From a virus: a DNA stretch of 64,000 nucleotides. The notes beneath the pieces are model-generated. The model saw nothing but the letters and a program-made list of their open reading frames with translations, did no database searches and had not been told where the DNA came from. Of the stretch, positions 19,523 to 28,431 are shown in pieces; the first letter of the stretch is position 1, and each line of letters begins with the position of its first letter. Made by a program: the position numbers and the translations under genes. The stretch lies in IMG/VR virus record IMGVR_UViG_3300032893_000029, positions 1-64,000 of that record. One strand, given 5' to 3'.

Positions 19523-19608
19523 ATCAAGTCGGGGAGTACCCAGCTAAGGGCAACATCGGCCCGGAACTGTCCGGAACCGGCCGATGCATCGGACGCCTCG
19601 CGGCGAAT

Positions 19609-19686
19609 TCAGTGTATGTGCGCCAGCGCGGCACCGATCACAGTCAGGTGCGCCGCCAGCATGTAGATCAGGGCTAGCACCTTCAT
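19609..19686 (-). CDS. 25-aa hydrophobic peptide
   Basis: MKVLALIYMLAAHLTVIGAALAHIH; ATGA overlap with the upstream stop; not in the ORF track. Confidence 0.5.
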   Translation of the reverse strand: MKVLALIYMLAAHLTVIGAALAHIH

Positions 19687-19850
19687 GCCGCGAGCTCCCC
19701 GGATTTTTTCTCGGCCTTCAGCCGATACAGCTTTCCGGCGACTGCATTACGCGATTTTCCGATCGCGCGGCCGATCGTGCTGAAGCTCTTGTCCTCGGCG
19801 TGCAGCGCCTTCAGCACGGTAAGCTGCTCGTCGCTCCATCTCTCATTCAT
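19683..19850 (-). CDS. GcrA-like HTH (N-terminal domain only)
   Basis: WSDEQLTVLKALHAEDKSFSTIGRAIGKSRNAVAGKLYRL matches the GcrA N-terminal signature (W..S.NAV.GK..RL). Confidence 0.75.
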   Translation of the reverse strand: MNERWSDEQLTVLKALHAEDKSFSTIGRAIGKSRNAVAGKLYRLKAEKKSGELAA

Positions 19851-20683
19851 CTCGACAGTTCCTTTCTGACCGCTTCGAGGGATTCGAGTCCCTTCTTTGT
19901 CAGCATGTCCGGCGCCGCGCGGTAAAGCGCCGATACCGTATAGAACCACTGCATCCAGCAGCGGCAGAAAATCTCTTCACCGACCGCGGTGTATTGATCG
20001 TAGAAACCCATCGGACCCGGTTTCACCAGCCCGCGTGCCAGGGCCCAATTCCCGCGGAGCATGAAGATCTGCTCGTCGCGTTCCTTGTGGTCCTCGCGGT
20101 AATTGTAGTGCGGCGTCCGCCAGTTCGAATGCCACATCCCGGCAATGGCGCCGCCGTCTCTGGCGAGGATGTCGGAAATCGCGGCCGTCATCTTGTGCGA
20201 CTGGTCGATGAGCACGCGGCGCTCTTCGAACTTCACCAGCCCAAGCGGTTTGGCGATCTGCGCCCTGGTCTCGGCGCGTTTCGCCACATCGGTTCCGCCG
20301 GCGGGGATCGATGTCGCCCAGCCTTGGAAGCGCTGTAGCGTCTTCGCCATCATCTGGTCGCGGTTCAGTCGGATCAGACCGGCCGATGCCATGATGCGGC
20401 GATCGACTTCGGCCCGAAGTGCCGGGCGGACCCGCTCGATGGTGAAGCGCTCGATTCCGCGATGCATCGCCAGGATGCCGCCGCGATCGATGAGCTTGCG
20501 ATAGGTCTCCTCGAGCACCATTCGAAGCTGCCGCTCGAGCTCGTATTCCGGTGTCAGCGTCCTTTCCGCTGCTTCTTTGATTGCCTTCAGCCAGCGATCG
20601 ACGCGCTCCTGGCTGTCGAAGCCGTGCTCGACAAGATCGTTGATCGCCGCGCGGAGAACATCGGAATAGCTCCGGGCAACCAT
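19847..20683 (-). CDS. Head morphogenesis protein (MuF/SPP1 gp7-like)
   Basis: REDHKERD..GEEIFCRC motif; follows the portal gene. Confidence 0.85.
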   Translation of the reverse strand: MVARSYSDVLRAAINDLVEHGFDSQERVDRWLKAIKEAAERTLTPEYELERQLRMVLEETYRKLIDRGGILAMHRGIERFTIERVRPALRAEVDRRIMASAGLIRLNRDQMMAKTLQRFQGWATSIPAGGTDVAKRAETRAQIAKPLGLVKFEERRVLIDQSHKMTAAISDILARDGGAIAGMWHSNWRTPHYNYREDHKERDEQIFMLRGNWALARGLVKPGPMGFYDQYTAVGEEIFCRCWMQWFYTVSALYRAAPDMLTKKGLESLEAVRKELSR

Positions 20684-22167
20684 CAGGGCCTGGCCGGAAG
20701 CTTCCTGATTTCGGCGACGACGTGCGGCCAGCGATCACTGCTGTCGGCGTGCGAATACGGCGTCGCCTTCGGTTCGCCGGGTTCGGTCATCTGCGTCGGC
20801 GGTTCATAGGTCGCGATGTCCGCGATTTCCAGATGGAGCTCAGCCGGGAAGAATTCCTTCTGCTCGTTGATAACCGACTGGACCCACTCGACGACGGTCG
20901 CTTTGTTCGGCTGATCGCACGCCGGCATGATGACTTCGGCCGCGGCGAGCGTCGACCGCATCAGGAAGTCGTGCTTCTTTGCCTTCTCGCTGTCCGGCTC
21001 CGTCAGGAGATTCGGCCATTTCGTCTTGAAGGAATTCTTCGCCTCATAGAAGAACGTCGTGTAATCGACGCCGCCGTACTGCTCCGGGAACTTCGCCTGA
21101 AGCGACTTATAGAACTGCTTGTTCCAGGCGCGGTGCATGACGATCAGATCGAACCAGGCGAACAGCGATTCCATTTCCTCGCGCTTGTCGTCGATGTAGT
21201 GCGCGACATATTTCGCATCCTCTGACCCCGTCGAGAACGCGTGCGCGAAGGTCTCGTTGTTCAGCATCACCGCCGGCATGTCGTCGCCGGACGCGATGTT
21301 TTCGAGGATGTTGCGGCGCGAATTGCCGAAGGCGCCGTCGAGATTCTGCATGTTCAGCGTCTCGACCTTATCCTTCTCGCCGACTTGCAGAACGTTCTCT
21401 GTCTCCGCTTCCTTCAGGAGATTGCGCTTGATCGAGCCGAACTTCTCCGCGATCCAGTCGACGGCCGATGAGACCGTCTGCATCATGACGACGAGCAGGC
21501 CGGCCTTCTTGACCACCATGTCATCCGTCACCATCGAACTGATGAAGGACTTCAGCGGATAGAGACAGGGCTGGTAGACGCTTCGGCCGGTGAAGCCGTA
21601 AGCCGACGGCGTGTAGCTGATATAGATCGGGTCGCCGTGCATGACGACATGGGCGCGGGAGCGGTGATAGGCCGTCCCGGCGATCGCGATGCCGTCGACC
21701 TTCTGGAAATCGACGGAGTTCGGGTCCTGGTTCAAGACCAGCGAGCCCGCAGTATTCAGCGCGTCGAGGATGTTGAAGCTGATGGCGAGCTCGGCGAGCC
21801 TGTCATAGGGCAGCGGTTCCATCGGATCGATGCCGTTTGCCATCAGGCAGACCGATGAAATGCCGTACACCCGCGACATCGTCTTGACGTTCAGGATGTG
21901 CTTCTTGACCTCGAGCGCCTTCCATTCCTTTTCGAAGGCCTCTTTGAGATCCTGTTCCGGGCCGCCGGTGATCGAGATTTCGCGGGCCTGCGACAGCGCC
22001 AGCTTGATCGGGAAGCGCGCGATCTTCGCACCCAGCGGGTGATATTCGAATATCACCTTGCACATTTCGTAGGACGGTTGCGCTCCGGGCTGGAGCTCGT
22101 CGGTGCAGATGAAACTTTGGAGCGAGGTCCCGAGATTTGCGGGACCGATGACGGACGTTTTCGACAT
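20683..22167 (-). CDS. Portal protein (DUF1073-like)
   Basis: 494 aa after the terminase; SRVYG, YHRSR, GFTGRSVYQ motifs. Confidence 0.85.
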   Translation of the reverse strand: MSKTSVIGPANLGTSLQSFICTDELQPGAQPSYEMCKVIFEYHPLGAKIARFPIKLALSQAREISITGGPEQDLKEAFEKEWKALEVKKHILNVKTMSRVYGISSVCLMANGIDPMEPLPYDRLAELAISFNILDALNTAGSLVLNQDPNSVDFQKVDGIAIAGTAYHRSRAHVVMHGDPIYISYTPSAYGFTGRSVYQPCLYPLKSFISSMVTDDMVVKKAGLLVVMMQTVSSAVDWIAEKFGSIKRNLLKEAETENVLQVGEKDKVETLNMQNLDGAFGNSRRNILENIASGDDMPAVMLNNETFAHAFSTGSEDAKYVAHYIDDKREEMESLFAWFDLIVMHRAWNKQFYKSLQAKFPEQYGGVDYTTFFYEAKNSFKTKWPNLLTEPDSEKAKKHDFLMRSTLAAAEVIMPACDQPNKATVVEWVQSVINEQKEFFPAELHLEIADIATYEPPTQMTEPGEPKATPYSHADSSDRWPHVVAEIRKLPARP

Positions 22168-22430
22168 CAGCCCGGAACGATTCCGGCAAGACCGAAGCCA
22201 GGCGTTTCAGGCCCGACGCGCTCGTGCTCGCACCGCGCATGATAGGCAAGCCAGCGCCCCCACTCGTCGCCACGCCGGTATTGAAAGTTCACCAGCGCAT
22301 CGCGACCACTGAGGCATTTGCGCTTGGTCGGGAAATAGGCGAACTCGATGCTGCACTGATGGACCCGCGGCAGCACGTCCGGAACGCGGCAGTTCGCGAC
22401 CATCACAAGGGCATAGACCCAAATCAGCAT
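22167..22430 (-). CDS. Hypothetical protein
   Basis: 87-aa ORF in the operon. Confidence 0.5.
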   Translation of the reverse strand: MLIWVYALVMVANCRVPDVLPRVHQCSIEFAYFPTKRKCLSGRDALVNFQYRRGDEWGRWLAYHARCEHERVGPETPGFGLAGIVPG

Positions 22431-22573
22431 CGTGTCGCCTTTCTGAGAGACCGAAGCGGGCGATGTTGTGCTCGCCCGCCATTCCAGATCATGCGATCGG
22501 AATTTTCATGCCTCTGGATCTCTGCCGGCACAACCCGGGTTAAAGCTTCGATCCTTCGGCCTCTTGCTCTCAT

Positions 22574-22858
22574 CTATCCGATACCGACCGCGACGTTGTT
22601 CGCGTCGGCTTTGATCTTTTCCCAGACTTCGTTCTCGACGCGGTAGAGATATCGCAAGGCGACTTCGCTGTTCCGCGCGCGGGCCTTTTTGATCAGACGC
22701 CAGCAACGCCGGTACCGCGACCTCAGATGCTTGTTGACCATCCGCCAATGCGGACCGCAGATAATCTCGGTGTTGTTGCCGGCCCATTCCTTCGACGCCG
22801 TCCTTCCGCATCCGATGACGCAGCACGGGATTCGGTCTGGCTTCAGCGGCCGGATCAA
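22574..22858 (-). CDS. Small Cys/His zinc-finger-like protein
   Basis: TTG start overlapping the TerL stop; CCVIGC..ICGPHW. Confidence 0.55.
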   Translation of the reverse strand: MIRPLKPDRIPCCVIGCGRTASKEWAGNNTEIICGPHWRMVNKHLRSRYRRCWRLIKKARARNSEVALRYLYRVENEVWEKIKADANNVAVGIG

Positions 22859-24987
22859 TAGCCCTCCGGATTCCCAAGTGCGAGCACGACGCCGAGCAGG
22901 AAGGCGCAAAGCAAATCGCCGGGCTCCTTGCTGTCCTTCTTTTCGTCGATCCGGAATGTCTCGATGTGGTCGAGCAGGAAATTCCGGGTCTGTCCGCCGA
23001 AATCGATGACCTTGTCGTCGGCCGGCTGCGCGATCTTTATCAGGTCGCGCTCGAGATAGGCCGCAACCGCGGTGGCACGTTCGGCAATACCGATGTTCGC
23101 GATCGCGTCGTTGATCGGCAGGATCGGCAGGCGCCAGCGGGCGCCATGCTGATAGACGACGGCGCCGGTCTCCTTGTTGATGACGAAGATACCGAGCGGC
23201 CTTGTCTGCGCCGGCCTTGCGAGTTCGACGAGTCTGCCGACGGCACGCTTCAGCCATTGTTCCGACAGTGCTGTTCCGACCGGTGCGAGATCCCAATCAA
23301 GGATTGTCAGCGCGTTCCCGCCGACCTTGCGGCGACCGAAATAGACGATGCCGGCGCTATCGTTGTCCCTGCCGGTCTTCACGCCGGAAAACATCACGGC
23401 GAACACACTGTCGAGCAGCCGCGGCGGTGTGACGGGCTGGCCGCGGAAGCGCAGCTTTTCGATGTCGAAGAAGCCGTCCGATGCGCGCGAGCTCAAATAG
23501 TTGAACGCTCCGGCGCCGCCGTCGACTTGGTCATCGTGTCCTTTTGGGAACGCGCAGAGCTCATCGATGAATTCCTCGTTCCAGGCGCCGCGGACCAGGT
23601 AGACATTGCCGGCCTCGCATTGATCGGCGAAGGGTTCGGCCCGGGTGCCTTTGTCGCCGGTTTCCCGATCGGCTCTGACGCGCCAGCCGGCGAGCATCGC
23701 GATGTAGCTCTGTGCCTGTTCCTTGCCGGCCTGGCCGGGGTCCTCGTTCAGATGGATGTGGGTTTCTTTGCCGTCGATCTCGGCCGTCGCTTTGACTTCC
23801 TTTCGGACTTCATGCGCCGACTTCTGAAACCGGTTGACGTTCTCGATGTAGTAGCTGGTGTCGTCGGTCGACATCTTCAGCCCGACGGTGAAATCCGGAT
23901 CGGTGCTGTCCGACGGCGCCGAGGCGGCGAGGTCCCATTTCCGGACACGGCGCGTGATCTTCGCATCCGCGGGAACGCGATCGATGATCTTGCCGTCGAA
24001 CCATTTGCGCTGAAACATCCCGCCTTCGCGGGCCGTCGGGCGCTGCTGATACTGTGCGGCGTAGGCGTGCGGGCCCAAGCCCTTCTTCTGCGCTTCGACC
24101 GCTTCCCGGGGGAAGCGTATCGGTTCCAGAAGCTCGCCTTCCTCCTTGCGCCAATCGGCGCCCCATCTGGTGACGCAGCGGCGCGACTTCTCGAATGTCA
24201 TCGGCAGCATGACAACCACGGTATCCGGCACGACTTCGCGCCAGACCCTGCCGATGTCTCGCGGTCCGGTGCATTGCCAGATACCGACCATTGCCGACTT
24301 CGTCAGGCTGTTCAGTCGGCTCAACGCGCCTTCGCGGAAGAGACGCGTCACTTCGGCAAGCTGGTTCTTGTATTCGACCGTCTTCACCGACAGCGGATCG
24401 TCGATGATGAGACGGTCGCCGCGTTTTCCCATCAGCGAAGCAAACGGTGCGCCGAGGCGCCAGCCCGTTGCAGTGTTCTGGAACGAATAGACGCCGGCGG
24501 TCGTTAATTCGATGAGCGGCCAGCGCTCCTGGTACCAGTCCGACTCGATTAGCGCCTTGCAGCGATCGTTGTCGCGATCGGTCAGGGTCTTTTCGTAGGA
24601 CGTGCAGAGATAGCGATAGGTCGAATAGCCCATCGCCCATTCCCATGCCGGCCAGAACACCGACACGATCAGGCTCTTCATGCAGCCCGGCGGAATCTCG
24701 ATGATCAGTCTCGTGATCTCGCCGCGCGTCACCGCCTCGAGGTGTGCGCAGATCAGTTCGATGTGCGGCGACAGGATGAATTCGGCGCGGGGCTCGAGGA
24801 CATGCCAGGCCTCGCGGATAAACCCGACCAGTGTTTTGCAGCGGTCGCGGCTTTCCTGAAGAAGCTCCTCACGCGTCCTGTTGTGCTGGTCCCTCTTCAG
24901 AGCCTCGCGACGCTGCCTCTCCAGCATCACGCGGGATAGCAAGGCCGATTGAGCGGAGAAGGTCCTGGAGGGTGGCGAACTGTTCAT
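22855..24987 (-). CDS. terL: Terminase large subunit with extra C-terminal nuclease-like domain
   Basis: Walker A PPGCMKS, Walker B LIIDDP, YQQRP, nuclease WDLA..DFT..HDDQVD; about 210 extra aa at the C-terminus. Confidence 0.92.
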   Translation of the reverse strand: MNSSPPSRTFSAQSALLSRVMLERQRREALKRDQHNRTREELLQESRDRCKTLVGFIREAWHVLEPRAEFILSPHIELICAHLEAVTRGEITRLIIEIPPGCMKSLIVSVFWPAWEWAMGYSTYRYLCTSYEKTLTDRDNDRCKALIESDWYQERWPLIELTTAGVYSFQNTATGWRLGAPFASLMGKRGDRLIIDDPLSVKTVEYKNQLAEVTRLFREGALSRLNSLTKSAMVGIWQCTGPRDIGRVWREVVPDTVVVMLPMTFEKSRRCVTRWGADWRKEEGELLEPIRFPREAVEAQKKGLGPHAYAAQYQQRPTAREGGMFQRKWFDGKIIDRVPADAKITRRVRKWDLAASAPSDSTDPDFTVGLKMSTDDTSYYIENVNRFQKSAHEVRKEVKATAEIDGKETHIHLNEDPGQAGKEQAQSYIAMLAGWRVRADRETGDKGTRAEPFADQCEAGNVYLVRGAWNEEFIDELCAFPKGHDDQVDGGAGAFNYLSSRASDGFFDIEKLRFRGQPVTPPRLLDSVFAVMFSGVKTGRDNDSAGIVYFGRRKVGGNALTILDWDLAPVGTALSEQWLKRAVGRLVELARPAQTRPLGIFVINKETGAVVYQHGARWRLPILPINDAIANIGIAERATAVAAYLERDLIKIAQPADDKVIDFGGQTRNFLLDHIETFRIDEKKDSKEPGDLLCAFLLGVVLALGNPEGY

Positions 24988-25456
24988 CCGACAACTTCGT
25001 CAGGTCGAGATTGTCGAACAGGCCCCGTCCATCTGGTCCGGTCAAGGCGAGACGATCGTCCCAAGGGTCTTCGAAGTCCTTGCCGCGGCCGAGCATCCGA
25101 AGTGCGAACTCGATCGCCTTCTGCTCGCCCTTCAGGATGTTGAGATAGAGGGCATCTGCCGCCGACTTCAGAAGCTTGCCCTTCGCCATCCGCAACTGCG
25201 GACCGTAGTGCTTGGCGAGAGTGTCTTCGTCGATGTCGAGGAAGTCCGCGATCACCGATCGCTTGTACTTCAACTGCACATAACGCTCGACGGCAGCGAT
25301 GGTCTCTTCCGTCGGCTGGTGCGGCGGGCGTCCCGTCGTACCCTTTTTGCCTCTGAGCTTCGGCGCTCGTTTCTTGCGATAGGGACCCCGACGTTTCTTC
25401 GGCTCATCAGGGGATCTGGTCCCGCTTTGGCCTTCGCTTGTCGCGTCCTTGCTCAC
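24869..25456 (-). CDS. terS: Terminase small subunit
   Basis: GRPPHQPT, HTH IADFLDIDEDTLAKHY, LTGPDG..DLTKLSDEQ; directly upstream of TerL. Confidence 0.85.
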   Translation of the reverse strand: MSKDATSEGQSGTRSPDEPKKRRGPYRKKRAPKLRGKKGTTGRPPHQPTEETIAAVERYVQLKYKRSVIADFLDIDEDTLAKHYGPQLRMAKGKLLKSAADALYLNILKGEQKAIEFALRMLGRGKDFEDPWDDRLALTGPDGRGLFDNLDLTKLSDEQFATLQDLLRSIGLAIPRDAGEAASRGSEEGPAQQDA

Positions 25457-25516
25457 AATTCACGTCGAACCGAAAAAATCCTCTGACGGAGGCAAAAATC
25501 CGTGATGGCAGAATCG

Positions 25517-26206
25517 CTAAAGCTTTTCTGCGGAATCTGTCAAGCGTCTCGGTTTTGTTCGGCCCTGCTTCTTGCGACCGGCCGAACGCTTTTTCGGTTT
25601 TCCGGCGAGCGCGTCCAGCGCATCACAAACGCGCGCCGTTACGCGGTTTTTGTCGAAGCGAATACGTGCCGCACGTACCGCCTCAACCATCGTGTAACCC
25701 TCACCACAAAATTTTCTGCAAATCGTGTAATCGGCTCGGGAGAGACGCTGTTTGATCCTTCCGATTTCCTGTGCTGATTCGGCTTGCGCCCGCGACCACG
25801 GCGTCTGTTGTCCGCCGCCTCTGACACGCTCGAGATCTGTGCTGTCGCGTCCGCTGCTGTTCAGGCGTTCGCATAAGGTTCGCAGGTGTTCGCCGGCGCA
25901 GAACTGTTCGAAGGTAATCCGGCCCTGGTGATAGGCCAGGGTCAGCGGGTGCTCGCCGGAGTTCACCCAGCGTAGCGATCGGCCAACGGAGTATTCGGCA
26001 AAATCCTCAATGACGGGATCGACGCCGGGACCGCGGGGCGCTTCTGTCAGCGCCTTCAATTCCTGTTCGGTCAGGCCGCGCGCCATGCGGAGGGTGCCGC
26101 GGGGATTGAGCTCCCCTCGCAGTTTCGCGTGATGCGGTTTCGGTAACTCCTCGCGCTCGAGCTCGACACGCGAGATTTTCTTGCCGCCTAACGGCTGCTT
26201 ACCCAT
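25517..26206 (-). CDS. Late regulator/antiterminator Q-like (DUF6456-like)
   Basis: GRITFEQFCAGE..C-terminal HTH ending ALDALA; upstream of the late operon. Confidence 0.6.
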   Translation of the reverse strand: MGKQPLGGKKISRVELEREELPKPHHAKLRGELNPRGTLRMARGLTEQELKALTEAPRGPGVDPVIEDFAEYSVGRSLRWVNSGEHPLTLAYHQGRITFEQFCAGEHLRTLCERLNSSGRDSTDLERVRGGGQQTPWSRAQAESAQEIGRIKQRLSRADYTICRKFCGEGYTMVEAVRAARIRFDKNRVTARVCDALDALAGKPKKRSAGRKKQGRTKPRRLTDSAEKL

Positions 26207-26393
26207 TCGACAAGGGTCCGGACAGTCCCCGATCCGGAATCGCCCGTTGAATCTGACGGGTCAAGGGTTTAGAGCAGTTCTGCGCAGGCTGGCGGGGTTC
26301 GGTTCCCGAAACATCCGTAAATCTCGCCTTCCCCTTCTAACGCTGGTCGACCGTTAGGCGCACGTCGACCGTTGCAGCTTGGGGGAGCATCCT

Positions 26394-26612
26394 GTGAGAG
26401 ACCGAACCGTCTTCATCATGCTCGATGCGCTTGCCGTCGATCTGGCGCGATGCAACACGATCGACCGAGCTCAATTTCTGATCGATGAGGCCAAGGCTGC
26501 GGCGGAGCGCAAGATACCGCCGGCACCGCGGGAACTGCCGAAGCTCGGCAAGCTCGAGCCTACCAATCGGAAGGCGCGGCGGGCTAAGGCGAAACGAGAG
26601 CGGGCGCGTTGA
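26394..26612 (+). CDS. Hypothetical protein with Arg-rich tail
   Basis: GGAG RBS and GTG start; C-terminus NRKARRAKAKRERAR. Confidence 0.5.
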   Translation: MRDRTVFIMLDALAVDLARCNTIDRAQFLIDEAKAAAERKIPPAPRELPKLGKLEPTNRKARRAKAKRERAR

Positions 26613-27046
26613 GCCGGCCGAAGCGGAAACCGGTGCCGATCGCGACGCGTCGGGCGGTGTGTCGCCGACAAAACGGGACCTGTAAGTGCGGCTGCGGGGA
26701 GCCGGTGTTTGTCGAGCGGGGGCGGCGGACGCATTTCGATCACGAGCCCGCGTTGATCCTTCGGGACATCAATGCCGACGGCAGCGATTACGATCCGCCA
26801 CAGCATTCCGTCGACCACCTCGATGCTTATGCACACATTTCTCACGCCAGGCGGAAGACTTCGGGGCTCGGTGCGACGACGGCGGGATCTGATATCGGGA
26901 AGCGGAAAAAGGAGCGACGGCGCGCCAAAGGCCAGAAGCCGAAACAATGGTGGATGTCGAGACCGATGCCGAAACGCAAAACGGTCTGGCCGAAACGGAA
27001 ACTGGCGAAGGGTCGCGGTCTTGCGCGTCGGCCGCATCCGCGGTAG
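26609..27046 (+). CDS. HNH-like endonuclease
   Basis: RQNGTCKCGCG..HFDHEPAL..HARRKT. Confidence 0.65.
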   Translation: MSRPKRKPVPIATRRAVCRRQNGTCKCGCGEPVFVERGRRTHFDHEPALILRDINADGSDYDPPQHSVDHLDAYAHISHARRKTSGLGATTAGSDIGKRKKERRRAKGQKPKQWWMSRPMPKRKTVWPKRKLAKGRGLARRPHPR

Positions 27047-27074
27047 GCCGGACAAACCGATTTGCTTACACCCC

Positions 27075-27378
27075 GGAAGGGCGGGGCCGGCGATAGCGAG
27101 CCAGAGAGATTCCGGAGCTCTGGTGTTGCAGTCCGGTCCCGCCCGTAGCGGGGATCGCAGTGGGAAACGGATGATGTCCGTAGCGACCCACCGAAGGGGC
27201 GGCGCTCTTCCGACTATGCCGGCTCCCGGTACGATTCTCGGAAGCGTTGCAGGCAGACGAAACGGTCGAGTAGGCAGAGGTCGCGGGTGCGGGTCCCGCT
27301 TGGCGCCGGCGGAAGACGCGACGCCAATAGCTCAGAACCCGGGTAAGAGAGAGCGCTGCCGAAAGACCGGCCTTCCCC
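27075..27378 (+). ncRNA. Putative structured ncRNA with circularly permuted tRNA-like (YrlA-like) module
   Basis: Intergenic with multiple long helices; T-arm (27283-27299), acceptor-like stem (27300-27327) and D-arm (27330-27354) closed by GGCAG/CTGCC and CGGTC/GACCG helices. Confidence 0.6.
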
Positions 27379-27444
27379 ACCTCACCAAGAAATGTTAATG
27401 CCGGAACTGCCACGCGTCGCAGCGCGAGCTCAGGAGAACGCCCG

Positions 27445-27669
27445 ATGAAACACATCTTCATCCTCATGCTGATCTTCAACCGGGAACCGATGGTTCGGGT
27501 CGGAAGCTTCGACACCAAAAAGGCGTGCGATGCCGCCGGCTTCCCTCTGACCTACGGCGGAGTGGTGGAGGAAATGAGGAGCAAAGGCTGGATCAGGGAG
27601 GGCCAGTTAGTCAGCATCAGCGGAAGATATGCTGACGATTACACATGCGTTATGGCCAACGGCAGATGA
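27445..27669 (+). CDS. Hypothetical protein
   Basis: AGGAG RBS; FDTKKACDAAG motif. Confidence 0.6.
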   Translation: MKHIFILMLIFNREPMVRVGSFDTKKACDAAGFPLTYGGVVEEMRSKGWIREGQLVSISGRYADDYTCVMANGR

Positions 27670-27884
27670 GGCCCGCCATGCGGATTCGGCCCGACAGCGC
27701 CTTCATGCATTTCCATCGAGAGAACGTAAGCGGCGCCCTTATGCGCCGACTCTTGCGGATCAGATCGGTCTTCCGATCCTACAAACGGCTGATCTATCCC
27801 AACATGCCGTGGATCGGCGATGTGCCACGCGAGAACGTCGCGCTGATCCGGATGCGGGTGCAGGCGGCGAGGAAGCGTCGATGA
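27666..27884 (+). CDS. Hypothetical protein
   Basis: ATGA-coupled ORF. Confidence 0.45.
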   Translation: MRPAMRIRPDSAFMHFHRENVSGALMRRLLRIRSVFRSYKRLIYPNMPWIGDVPRENVALIRMRVQAARKRR

Positions 27885-28153
27885 AACTCGGACTGTTCTA
27901 TGTCGACAACAACCGCCGGTGCCGCGAGGCCAGATATCCGGGATATCGACGTATGCCGATTTCTGGCTATGAGGAATCGGTCAGCTTCCCGACGTGCAAT
28001 GCCGACTTCGAAGTCACGGCGACCGGGATTTTCTTCATCGACGACGCCGGGAATGTCATGCGGTCCGCAGAGCTCGTGCCGACTATCCGAATCCAGAAAT
28101 GCGTCACGCCGGTAATCATCACTGTCTGCAACTATGGGAAGAGGGTCGGGTGA
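27881..28153 (+). CDS. Hypothetical protein
   Basis: ATGA-coupled ORF MKLGLFYVDNN. Confidence 0.5.
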   Translation: MKLGLFYVDNNRRCREARYPGYRRMPISGYEESVSFPTCNADFEVTATGIFFIDDAGNVMRSAELVPTIRIQKCVTPVIITVCNYGKRVG

Positions 28154-28431
28154 TGCCGGGCTATCGCGCGGAATTTCCTGATGGTGTCCAGCGGCGCATC
28201 CGGAGGAGCAAACGGGTCTTCACCCATGCCTGGCGCGTCAAGGGTCTCTTCGGCGCCGAAAAGAAAAACATCGCGGAGTACGGCTTTGCCGGTTCGCGGT
28301 TTCTTGCTGAAGCCGCGGCGCACACCGTCGCCTCACGTTTCGCCAAGTACGGCAACGGCGATTATTCCGACATCGATCCGATATCCGATATCGTTACCGA
28401 GATCGTCACCGTGGTCGAAACCGATGGCTAA
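28153..28431 (+). CDS. Hypothetical protein
   Basis: TGATG-coupled ORF. Confidence 0.55.
   Translation: MPGYRAEFPDGVQRRIRRSKRVFTHAWRVKGLFGAEKKNIAEYGFAGSRFLAEAAAHTVASRFAKYGNGDYSDIDPISDIVTEIVTVVETDG

Noticed and set aside
20683-22167. Anti-CBASS Acb1 label sometimes attached to DUF1073 proteins
   Set aside because: Size and position indicate a plain portal; no paired HxT phosphoesterase motifs seen
432-24646. Long plus-strand and alternate-frame ORFs over the structural operon (e.g. 13016-15091, 22966-24507, 11748-12968)
   Set aside because: Shadow ORFs expected from high GC; they overlap well-supported minus-strand genes and show no motifs
27273-27360. Canonical tRNA gene
   Set aside because: Halves are in reversed order with no anticodon loop or CCA; reported as a tRNA mimic instead
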